Shown here piece after piece: positions 39,592 through 47,507 of a stretch of DNA of 64,000 nt. This DNA comes from an uncultured Prevotellaceae bacterium. GTDB lineage: Bacteria; Bacteroidota; Bacteroidia; Bacteroidales; Muribaculaceae. The stretch is from assembly GCA_900322135.1 (NCBI GenBank), contig ONYP01000034.1, positions 1,548 to 65,547 of the forward strand. The letters run 5' to 3'. A program made the position numbers and the translations under genes. The number at the start of each line of letters is the position of its first letter. Position 1 is the stretch's first letter. The notes beneath the pieces are model-generated. The model searched no databases, was not told the DNA's origin, and was given only the letters and a program-made list of their open reading frames with translations.

Positions 39592-40299
39592 TTAGCGGCG
39601 CTTTTCCCACTCGCGCTGAGCCTTATTGAGGTTCTGCTCGGCCTTTTCAAGGTCACGGAAGGCCTTCTCGTACTCCTTCTGAGCCTTGAGATTCTGCTTA
39701 GCGACCTTCTCGTCAAACTTCTTCTGTTCGGTCTCTTTCTTCAAGGGATCGTCCATCTTGTCGATTTTCTTGCGCACTTTCTCGGCTTCTTTAGCCTGCT
39801 CACTGGGCAGTTTGCTCAACTTGTCCTGGGCATCTTTGTATTTCTCTTGAGCCTTCTGCAAGCGCTGCTGAGCCTTTTGGTACTTGGCCTGTGCTTTCTC
39901 TCGCTCCTGGATAGCCTTTTGCTCTTTCTTGGCTTCTTTTTCGGCTTTTTTAGCCTCTTTTTCTTGCTTTTCGGCAGCTTTTTTTGCTTCCTTAGCCTTC
40001 TTCTCCTGCTCCTTGTAAGCCTCCTTCTGCTTCTTGGCCTCCTCGGCAGCTACCTTGGCCTGCTTCTCCTGGTCTTTCAACGCCTGCTGGTCACGCTTAT
40101 TCTGCTGGTCCATCTTGTTGAAGTCGGTCTGTTTAAGGGTGTTGCCCTTGCCATTGTTGGCTTTCATACGCTCAGCCTCAGCATTCTTGATCATCTGATG
40201 CTGCTGGGGGTCGGGGATCATCGGCTCCTGAGCATGCAAGGCGGGTGCTGCTACAAAACAACACAACACTGCCATCAATAATAATTTCTTCATAGTCAT
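39592..40299 (-). CDS. Secreted Lys/Glu/Ala/Gln-rich coiled-coil protein
   Basis: Signal peptide (..APALHA-QE) followed by long low-complexity helical EKKAKEAKKAAEKQEKEAK. Confidence 0.75.
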   Translation of the reverse strand: MTMKKLLLMAVLCCFVAAPALHAQEPMIPDPQQHQMIKNAEAERMKANNGKGNTLKQTDFNKMDQQNKRDQQALKDQEKQAKVAAEEAKKQKEAYKEQEKKAKEAKKAAEKQEKEAKKAEKEAKKEQKAIQEREKAQAKYQKAQQRLQKAQEKYKDAQDKLSKLPSEQAKEAEKVRKKIDKMDDPLKKETEQKKFDEKVAKQNLKAQKEYEKAFRDLEKAEQNLNKAQREWEKRR

Positions 40300-40378
40300 T
40301 ATATTTATTAATTAAACATTTTGGTTCCTGATTGCAAAGATACAATTTAGATACGAACTGAGCAAAAAAGTTTAAAAA

Positions 40379-41008
40379 TTAACGACACAGGTAAGTGAAT
40401 TCGTCAAATCGTGTGACGCCCATGGTAGCAAGATGCCGGCGGGTGTACTGCACATCATTATCGGTATTGAAATCAGGAATGTGTGGCAGGCGCACCATGA
40501 CACGGTCGGCCATGCCGTCGTGGCTCAAGAGCCATTGCAGGTTATCGAGCACACGGCTATTGTCCTGTCCCGTGTAACGCTTGTAGATATCGGGGTTGAC
40601 ATCCTTGATGTCGATGATGTATTCATGAATGAGTGGCAAGAGGCGCTCAAGGTGCTGACGGTCGACATTGAGGGCGGTCTCTATCGTGAAGTGCCACTCG
40701 GGCGGTGCGATGCGGCAGAAGGCGTCAATGAACTCGCTGCGGATGGCAGGTTCCCCGCCGCCGAAGGTGATCCCCCCGCCCGTGGCTAGGAAATAGAGGT
40801 TGTCAATCATCACCTCGTCGAGCAACTCGGCAGGAGTGGCCGTCCTTGAGAAACCATCGGGCCTCAAGCACTGAGCATTCAGGCAGTACTGGCACCTCAA
40901 CGTGCAGCCGTGGAAGGCGACCAGTGTGGTTACCCCCTGTCCATCAACCGCCAGCCGATGACGGGCCACCCCGATAATCGGCACCCTATTTTTCTCTTCA
41001 CTCATCAT
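40379..41008 (-). CDS. Radical SAM protein, organic-radical-activating (PflA/NrdG-like) type
   Basis: DGQGVTTLVAFHGCTLRCQYCLN, GGITFGGGEP, IETAL, IIDIKD, VRLPHIPDFN; start overlaps the upstream stop (ATGA). Confidence 0.88.
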   Translation of the reverse strand: MMSEEKNRVPIIGVARHRLAVDGQGVTTLVAFHGCTLRCQYCLNAQCLRPDGFSRTATPAELLDEVMIDNLYFLATGGGITFGGGEPAIRSEFIDAFCRIAPPEWHFTIETALNVDRQHLERLLPLIHEYIIDIKDVNPDIYKRYTGQDNSRVLDNLQWLLSHDGMADRVMVRLPHIPDFNTDNDVQYTRRHLATMGVTRFDEFTYLCR

Positions 41009-41469
41009 TGTTCATCAACGGGCATGTTGTCAACGCTCCTGGAGCACTCGTCGACGCTGTCACCCTGATGGGGAACATCGGAAACATCGACACAATCAAT
41101 TTCGCCCAAAAGAATGGCGGTATCAACGATTTCGCCCGATTCTTGCCCCTCTTTGTCAATCCTCATATCAATCTCTATACTCTCGCCCATAGGGTCATTA
41201 CTACTCAGTTTTTTAGACTGGTCACACGATGTAGCCAAAAAACTCATCAGGCCCAGGCTCACGCCAGCGATGAGGGCGGCCTTGCCGTGGGAGCGGCGAC
41301 GGGCGATTTCCCGTTCCAGAAAACGCATCTCACTCTCACAGGCCGGGCAAGTGCCCGCGCAATCACCCTCGTGGTGACACTCACGGGGCGCGTACTCAAT
41401 GCCGTTGGCGCGCGCAATGTCAAGACGGACTTTCTTGAGTTGATCGCAAATAAATCTACCGTTTTTCAT
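41005..41469 (-). CDS. Protein with N-terminal five-Cys domain, internal lipoprotein-like signal and acidic tail
   Basis: C-x22-C-x5-C-x3-C-x2-C (..ECHHEGDCAGTCPACESE), then RRRSHGK, a hydrophobic stretch ending LATSC. Confidence 0.75.
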   Translation of the reverse strand: MKNGRFICDQLKKVRLDIARANGIEYAPRECHHEGDCAGTCPACESEMRFLEREIARRRSHGKAALIAGVSLGLMSFLATSCDQSKKLSSNDPMGESIEIDMRIDKEGQESGEIVDTAILLGEIDCVDVSDVPHQGDSVDECSRSVDNMPVDEQ

Positions 41470-41540
41470 ATCGCATTGAGTTTTATTACCATGAATGGTG
41501 CAAAATTAATCACAAAAAAACAGAAAACCAAAACTATTTC

Positions 41541-42191
41541 TCATTCAAGGACTTCATTTTCTTCTGACAGTTTAAACTCTACAGGAAGTGTAAACCACAT
41601 CGCAACTGCCTTGCATCCAACTCTGCCAGGAAAGAACCTGGGTAACGACTTGCAGACGCGGACGACTTCGTTGTCGAGCAATTCATGAACTGGACGGACA
41701 ACCTGCACCTCGGCGACCTCGCCATTCCTTTCAATGAGCAACTGCACGACCACACGACCCTGGATGCTATCCTTGACGGCCTCAGGCGGATACTTGATAT
41801 TGTCATGCAAGTACTTGACCAAAGCATCATTGCCACCACGAAAGTAGGGCATCTGCTCAACAAAACCAACGGTTTCGAACCTCTTAGTCGTGTCATTGGC
41901 ATGAATGGTATGGTTATGTGAAGTTACCTGTTGCGAGGCACTGTTTGCCGCCGTTGCCGTGAGGCTCGACACCGCCAGACTCACGCCGGCCACAAGGGCG
42001 GCCTTGCCCAACAAACGCCTGCGAGCGATTTCGTTTTCCAGGTAGCGCATCTCGCTCTCACAGGCGGGGCAAGTGCCCGCGCAATCACCCTTGTGGTGAC
42101 ACTCGCAAGGCGAGTACTCAATACCATTGGCGCGCGCAATATCAAGACGAATCGCCTTGAGCGTGTTGCAGATGAATTTACCGTGTTTCAT
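41541..42191 (-). CDS. Protein with the same five-Cys domain fused to a TonB C-terminal domain
   Basis: GKFIC..ECHHKGDCAGTCPACESE, RRRLLGK, TM, then EQMPYFRGG, IKYPPEA, IQGRVVVQ, LPVEFKL. Confidence 0.85.
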   Translation of the reverse strand: MKHGKFICNTLKAIRLDIARANGIEYSPCECHHKGDCAGTCPACESEMRYLENEIARRRLLGKAALVAGVSLAVSSLTATAANSASQQVTSHNHTIHANDTTKRFETVGFVEQMPYFRGGNDALVKYLHDNIKYPPEAVKDSIQGRVVVQLLIERNGEVAEVQVVRPVHELLDNEVVRVCKSLPRFFPGRVGCKAVAMWFTLPVEFKLSEENEVLE

Positions 42192-42409
42192 AACAATCAA
42201 TTTTTCGGGTTATTTCTCGATGACAAAGTTACAACCGATTTTTGAAATAACGCCCAAAAACGCTAACATTCGATGGTCATTTTAAAAAACAAGAAACACT
42301 CATTTTCAGTTATTTACAAAACAAAAAAGTCATTTTCGGGTAATTTGTTGATTCTTACCTGCCAAAAAAGGCGTATTTTTGCAGTGTTTAATCCCAAAAT
42401 GACCAATTG

Positions 42410-44119
42410 ATGAGAACTACCCAACATATACTGTTTGCCCTCACTTCAGTCATCCTCCTGATTACTCTGGGTGGATGTGGACATCCTGCCGACAACGATC
42501 AACTCATTGCCGTTGATTCGCTGCTTACTCAGAACCGCGACGAGGAAGCATTGCAGATGCTGCAGATACTGAACACCTCCTCGTTCAATCATAACGACAA
42601 GGCATATCTTGCCCTGTTGACCACCCAGGCCAATCTCAACAACCACATGGCCCAGACCGACGACAAAGAAATCGATGAAGCGGTTAAATATTTCCAGGCA
42701 CATGGTGATAAGGAAAAACACGCAAGAGCCCTGATCTGTCAAGGATGTGTCAACAAGCAACTGGGCAACCTTGACAAGGCCATCGCCTGCCTGCGCCAAG
42801 CCGAGGACATTGCAGGTGATGACGACCTGAAGAACCGTGCCATGGCCAAGATGATGATGGGCGAACTTTACCAGTCCCAAGTCATCGGAGCCAAAACCCT
42901 GGGCGCGGAAAAATACCGTGAGGCGCTTGCCCTGTTCAAGAAGCTGGGCGACAAGCATCACCAAATCATCTGCCTGAGCGAGTTGGGCGGCCTGTACCGC
43001 ATCAACAAGGAGAAAGAGGACAGCGCCCTGCTCTACATCAATGCTGCCATAACCCTTGCCAAGCAGGAAGTTGAGCCCCAGTGTGTGATGGCAAACCTCT
43101 TCAGCCGTGCCGAATACCGTGCCTCACGCGGCAATTACCAGGGCGCCAAGGATGACGCGGTCGAAGCCATCAGCTGGAGTGGCAAGGGCAGGATTCATCC
43201 CCGCATACACTATTGTGCCGCATCGGCCTACCTGCACCTGGGCCGTGTGGATTCAGCGCGCTATTATCTTGAACACGCACCAGCGATGGTGACGGCAGCC
43301 GACAGCATCATGCACTATCAGCTACTGGCCGACCTCGCTCGCCACGACGGCAAGATTGATGATGCCATCAACTACCTGAACATGACGCATAATTTTGCCG
43401 ACTCGGTGGTAATGAGCGGCTTGAACCACCGCCTGCTGGAAGTAGAAAAGAAATATGACACGCAACAGGCCGAACTTGAAAACGCATTGTTGAGTTCCCG
43501 TCTCAGGGGAACCCTGCTAGGTCTTGCGTTGCTGGCACTGGCGGCGGGGGCATTGGCCTTCATGATGTGGCGCTACCGCAACAAGCTGAAAATCCAACAG
43601 GCAGAATATGAATTGATGAAGTCTGACCTCGACCAGTCCATCACGAGCCTGCAACAGATGCATGGGATGCTTGCCGAACGAGAAAGCGCCAAGCAACAGT
43701 CCGATGAACTTAAAGCCATCGTAGACAACCAGATACAGGTCGTCCACCAGCTGTTGCAATGGTCCTATGAATGCAACGAGACGACCTTTGCCCGCCGTTT
43801 CAACAAGTTGATGACGATGCGTGGCCCCGACGAGGTGGGCGCATCCTACTGGGACAACCTGCAATCGCTGGCCAACGAGCTATATGACAATGTGCTGGTC
43901 AAGGCCCAAGAGGCGGCCGACGGCACACTGCGCGAGGACGAAATCAACATGATTGCACTGCACTGCCACGGTTTCTCGCGTACAGTTATCATGATATGCA
44001 TGCGCTACCGGAACCTGAGGACGGTGTCCAACAAGCGTACCCAGATTGCCCATAAACTGCATGCCAACACCCTCGACGAATTCCTGCAGCCCTACCTCAA
44101 AGACAGAAACCAGAAATGA
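42410..44119 (+). CDS. TPR-containing membrane-spanning sensor/regulator with putative C-terminal HTH
   Basis: Lipoprotein-like N-terminus (LGGC), TPR helices, EVEKKYD, TM segment, coiled coil, LuxR-like tail (TVSNKRTQIAHKL). Confidence 0.65.
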   Translation: MRTTQHILFALTSVILLITLGGCGHPADNDQLIAVDSLLTQNRDEEALQMLQILNTSSFNHNDKAYLALLTTQANLNNHMAQTDDKEIDEAVKYFQAHGDKEKHARALICQGCVNKQLGNLDKAIACLRQAEDIAGDDDLKNRAMAKMMMGELYQSQVIGAKTLGAEKYREALALFKKLGDKHHQIICLSELGGLYRINKEKEDSALLYINAAITLAKQEVEPQCVMANLFSRAEYRASRGNYQGAKDDAVEAISWSGKGRIHPRIHYCAASAYLHLGRVDSARYYLEHAPAMVTAADSIMHYQLLADLARHDGKIDDAINYLNMTHNFADSVVMSGLNHRLLEVEKKYDTQQAELENALLSSRLRGTLLGLALLALAAGALAFMMWRYRNKLKIQQAEYELMKSDLDQSITSLQQMHGMLAERESAKQQSDELKAIVDNQIQVVHQLLQWSYECNETTFARRFNKLMTMRGPDEVGASYWDNLQSLANELYDNVLVKAQEAADGTLREDEINMIALHCHGFSRTVIMICMRYRNLRTVSNKRTQIAHKLHANTLDEFLQPYLKDRNQK

Positions 44120-45324
44120 TGAACGAGGCAACGATAAGGTTTGTAACTGAGCACCGTGAGGATGATGTGCGGGCGCTAGCCCTCAAGGAACGCGGCAACG
44201 GTGAAATAGACCTGCCGTGGGCGCTGGACCAGATACAGGGCTGGCAAACGGCGCGCCGCAAGCTGCCGTCGTGGGCAGCCACCGAGGGCATCATATATCC
44301 ACCCCACCTGTCGATGGAGCAATGCTCGAGCGAGCGCACCGCTATATATAAATGTGGCATCGTGGAACGGCTGCCACAGGAATGCCGTGAGACATTGATT
44401 GACTTGACAGGCGGTTTCGGGGTAGACTTTGCTTTTCTTGCCAAGAATTTCGGCCAGGCGTTTTATGTCGAGCGCCAAGCGCACCTGTGCGAGGTAGCAA
44501 GCCACAACTGTGAGTTACTCGGGCTGAATCATGCAACGGTCATCAATGCCGACGCTGAAGGGGTGATGAACGCCCCAAGCCACTATTTCAGGAATGTCCA
44601 TCTGGCCTCGACGCTCATCTATCTGGATCCCGCACGGCGCGACAACAACAGTAACCGCACCTATGCCATTGCCGACTGCACGCCCAATGTGCTGGAACTG
44701 CTCGACCCTCTGTTCCGTGCAGCCCGCTATATCCTCATCAAACTCTCACCCATGCTTGACTGGCACAAGGCGGTGAGCGACCTGGGTGAGCATGTTGCCG
44801 AGGTGCACATCGTGAGTGTCGCCAACGAGTGCAAAGAACTGCTCATCCTCCTTAGTGCCGAACACACTGGAGCGCCCGATATCCACTGCGTGAACGATGA
44901 CCAGCGGCTCATCTATCCACATCATGGGGAACAATGCGCCCCCAGCATAGCGGATGACGAGCGCGCCAACTTCCTGTATGAGCCTAACGCCTCTATCATG
45001 AAGGCGGGTTGCTTTGGCATCCTCACGCAACACTATCCAGTCAAGGCCCTGGCTGCCGACAGCCACCTGTTCGTGTCGAGCAACGCCGTCGACGGCTTCC
45101 CCGGGCGCCGTTTTGTCATCACCGAAGTCACAACGATGAACAAGAAGGAACTGTCCCGGGCCATGAACGGTATCACCCGCGCCAATGTCGCCACACGCAA
45201 CTTCCCGATGACGGCCCAGCAACTGCGGCAGCGCCTGCGGCTGCAAGACGGTGGCGACTGGTACATCTTCGGCACCACGAGAGCCGACGGGCAGCGGGTG
45301 GTTTACATCTGCAAGAAGGGGTGA
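44116..45324 (+). CDS. Class I SAM-dependent methyltransferase with THUMP-like C-terminal domain
   Basis: SMEQCSSE, DLTGGFGVD, YLDPARR, KLSPMLD, LYEPNASIMKAG, RNFP. Confidence 0.85.
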   Translation: MMNEATIRFVTEHREDDVRALALKERGNGEIDLPWALDQIQGWQTARRKLPSWAATEGIIYPPHLSMEQCSSERTAIYKCGIVERLPQECRETLIDLTGGFGVDFAFLAKNFGQAFYVERQAHLCEVASHNCELLGLNHATVINADAEGVMNAPSHYFRNVHLASTLIYLDPARRDNNSNRTYAIADCTPNVLELLDPLFRAARYILIKLSPMLDWHKAVSDLGEHVAEVHIVSVANECKELLILLSAEHTGAPDIHCVNDDQRLIYPHHGEQCAPSIADDERANFLYEPNASIMKAGCFGILTQHYPVKALAADSHLFVSSNAVDGFPGRRFVITEVTTMNKKELSRAMNGITRANVATRNFPMTAQQLRQRLRLQDGGDWYIFGTTRADGQRVVYICKKG

Positions 45325-45384
45325 CTGACAAGCCGCAGCTGAGTTGCGGCACGGGGAACCCTGGCCGATGCTTTACAACAACAA

Positions 45385-45419
45385 ACAAGAAAGCCTCCAG
45401 CACGAATGCTGAAGGCTTT
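45385..45419 (-). terminator. Terminator downstream of the tRNA-Glu-like gene
   Basis: AAAGCCTTCAGCA-TTCG-TGCTGGAGGCTTT hairpin plus T-rich tail. Confidence 0.75.
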
Positions 45420-45422
45420 GCT

Positions 45423-45484
45423 TGGTAGAGAAACAGGGACTCGAACCCTGGTTTCCGCCGTGAGAGGGCGGCGTCCATATCTCC
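45423..45484 (-). tRNA. tRNA-Glu(CUC) lacking the D-arm (62 nt including CCA); pseudo-tRNA or atypical tRNA
   Basis: GGAGATA TG GAC G CCGCC CT CTC AC GGCGG AAAC CAGGG TTCGAGT CCCTG TTTCTCT A CCA: intact anticodon and T arms, acceptor stem with G-U and one mismatch, ~13 nt of D-arm absent. Confidence 0.8.
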
Positions 45485-45498
45485 GTCGAAAAGCGTTG

Positions 45499-45529
45499 CA
45501 AAATTACTGCCATTTTTGATACTGGCAAA
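45499..45529 (-). promoter_or_regulatory. Sigma-A promoter for the tRNA-Glu-like gene
   Basis: -33 TTTG, 19-nt spacer, -7 TAATTTTG. Confidence 0.75.
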
Positions 45530-45680
45530 TTTTTTGAGCACTTTTTTTCAAAAAATAACAAAAAACGCATTTTTTTGGCGGTTTTCGGCATTTTTTAGAC
45601 CAAAAGCCCCCATTAATGGGATAAATTGTGTACCTTAGCGCATTGTTACAAACATTATCATTTGTATAAACTTAATCATT

Positions 45681-46013
45681 ATGGCAAACAAGAGACAAAT
45701 CAAGAAGGCTATCCAGAATGCCTGTGGCGACATCGCAGGTGAGTGCATCTTTGCAGAATCAGCATTTGGCGCTGACAAAATCGAGGAATGGGACAGCATC
45801 ATCATCGACACCGCCCTGCTGCAGCAAGAGGCAGTGAACCGTGTGAACAACCGTTTCGGCAAGAAGGTGAAAGACTTTGCCAACCGCAAGGAGTACAAGA
45901 AGGCTCGCCGCGCCTTCTTCAAGGAGCGCGAGAAGGAACTGAGCGAGTACTTCCGTGCCGAGGTGGAGAACATCGCCAAGCGCATGAACGAGCTCATGCC
46001 TTCCAACAAGTGA
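45681..46013 (+). CDS. Hypothetical helical protein
   Basis: MANKRQIKKAI start, AT-rich leader, codon usage like neighbouring genes. Confidence 0.75.
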   Translation: MANKRQIKKAIQNACGDIAGECIFAESAFGADKIEEWDSIIIDTALLQQEAVNRVNNRFGKKVKDFANRKEYKKARRAFFKEREKELSEYFRAEVENIAKRMNELMPSNK

Positions 46014-46023
46014 TCTCTGTTGC

Positions 46024-46569
46024 ATGAACCTCTCTGGTTGGATATTGAAGAAAGCCGGTTGGACCTTCAAGGTCAACCTGACGATGCCCGACAAGTGCAT
46101 CATCGTCATTGCCCCGCACACCAGCAACTGGGATTTCATCCTGGGAGAGCTGGGCATCCACTCGGTGGGCATGAAGGCTGGTTTCCTGATGAAGGACACA
46201 TGGTTTTTCTTCCCGCTGGGTTACCTGTTGCGCGGACTGGGTGGCATTCCTGTCAACCGCCGCCAGCACGGCAACCTCACGCAATCCATCGTTGAGGCAT
46301 TCAACTCTACACCCAAACTCGCCATCGGCGTGACACCTGAAGGCACCCGCAGCGCCAATCCCCATTGGCACAAGGGTGCCATTTTCATGGCGCGCGACGC
46401 ACAGGTGCCTCTGGTTCTCGCCTACTTTGACTACAGCCAGAAGGTGGTGTGCATCGACAAGGAATTTGAGCTCAGCGACGATGCCGAGGCCGACCTGTTG
46501 CGCATCAAGCAATATTACCAGCCCTTCAAGGGCCGTTACCCTGAGAAATTTGACACTGGGCTGGAATAG
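46024..46569 (+). CDS. 1-acyl-sn-glycerol-3-phosphate acyltransferase family
   Basis: APHTSNWD (HxxxxD), GGIPVNR, TPEGTR. Confidence 0.9.
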   Translation: MNLSGWILKKAGWTFKVNLTMPDKCIIVIAPHTSNWDFILGELGIHSVGMKAGFLMKDTWFFFPLGYLLRGLGGIPVNRRQHGNLTQSIVEAFNSTPKLAIGVTPEGTRSANPHWHKGAIFMARDAQVPLVLAYFDYSQKVVCIDKEFELSDDAEADLLRIKQYYQPFKGRYPEKFDTGLE

Positions 46570-46655
46570 GCATGGGCTGCCGTGACATCACGGCACCGTA
46601 TAACACTAAACCTCTGAAACGCAAAACCATGCGTTTCTACTAATAATTGAGAGAG

Positions 46656-47456
46656 ATGATATCACGCAATCTGCGCGTCACACTCATCGAGGACGACATC
46701 GTGTGGGGTGACCGCGAAGCCAATATCAAGCAGCTGGAGCGCAACCTGCGCAATATGCCTGATGACACCGATCTGGTGATTTTGCCCGAACTGTTCACAA
46801 CCGGTTTCATGACAGGTGACCGCGAACAGGCGGCTGCCGTGGCCGAGTGGAACAGCGGCGACACGCTGCACACGCTGCGCAAGCTTGCCGGCGAGTACCA
46901 TGTGGGCATCATCGGTAGTTTCCTGGCCAACACAGCGGCCCAACTCTACAACCGGGCCTTTTTCATCGAGCCCAACGGCGACGAGACCTACTACGACAAG
47001 CGCCACCTGTTCTCATTTGGTGGCGAAGACAAGGTGTTCAACCAGGGCCACACAGCGGCGCCCATCGTGCGTTTCCGCGGGTTCAACATCAAGTTGGTGG
47101 TGTGCTATGACCTAAGGTTTCCCGTCTTCTGCCGCAATGTTAAGAACAACTATGACCTGCTTGTTGTCATCGCCAACTGGCCGAAGTCTCGCGAGAAGGT
47201 GTGGCGCACGCTGCTTGCCGCCCGCGCGATGGAGAACGAGTGCTATGTGTGCGGCGTGAACCGCTGCGGCACCGACCCTGCCGGCGTGGAATATCCCGAG
47301 GGTTCGTCGCTGGTCATCGACTTCAAGGGAAAAGTCATCGCACAACGCATGACAAGCCCCGTCATCACGGCCGACCTCTCCCCCGCCCAACTGGCACAGT
47401 TCAGGGAAAAATTCCCCGCCTGGCGCGATGCCGACTCGTTTACTCTCAACATCTGA
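46656..47456 (+). CDS. Nitrilase-superfamily amidohydrolase (YafV/omega-amidase-like)
   Basis: LPELFTTGF, YDKRHLF, VCYDLRFP, ANWP, ARAMEN. Confidence 0.9.
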   Translation: MISRNLRVTLIEDDIVWGDREANIKQLERNLRNMPDDTDLVILPELFTTGFMTGDREQAAAVAEWNSGDTLHTLRKLAGEYHVGIIGSFLANTAAQLYNRAFFIEPNGDETYYDKRHLFSFGGEDKVFNQGHTAAPIVRFRGFNIKLVVCYDLRFPVFCRNVKNNYDLLVVIANWPKSREKVWRTLLAARAMENECYVCGVNRCGTDPAGVEYPEGSSLVIDFKGKVIAQRMTSPVITADLSPAQLAQFREKFPAWRDADSFTLNI

Positions 47457-47507
47457 TAAAGTGAGCCCACATCGAGACCGTTGAGTTCCCGGTGTTCTCT
47501 TATACTA

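Noticed and set aside
40379-41008. Calling the radical SAM gene pflA or nrdG
   Set aside because: No glycyl-radical enzyme is nearby and the gene is coupled to unrelated Cys-domain genes, so no symbol was assigned
45423-45484. tRNA-Glu fragment as the attR scar of an integrated element
   Set aside because: It retains its 5' acceptor strand, promoter and terminator, and no partner repeat or foreign DNA flanks it
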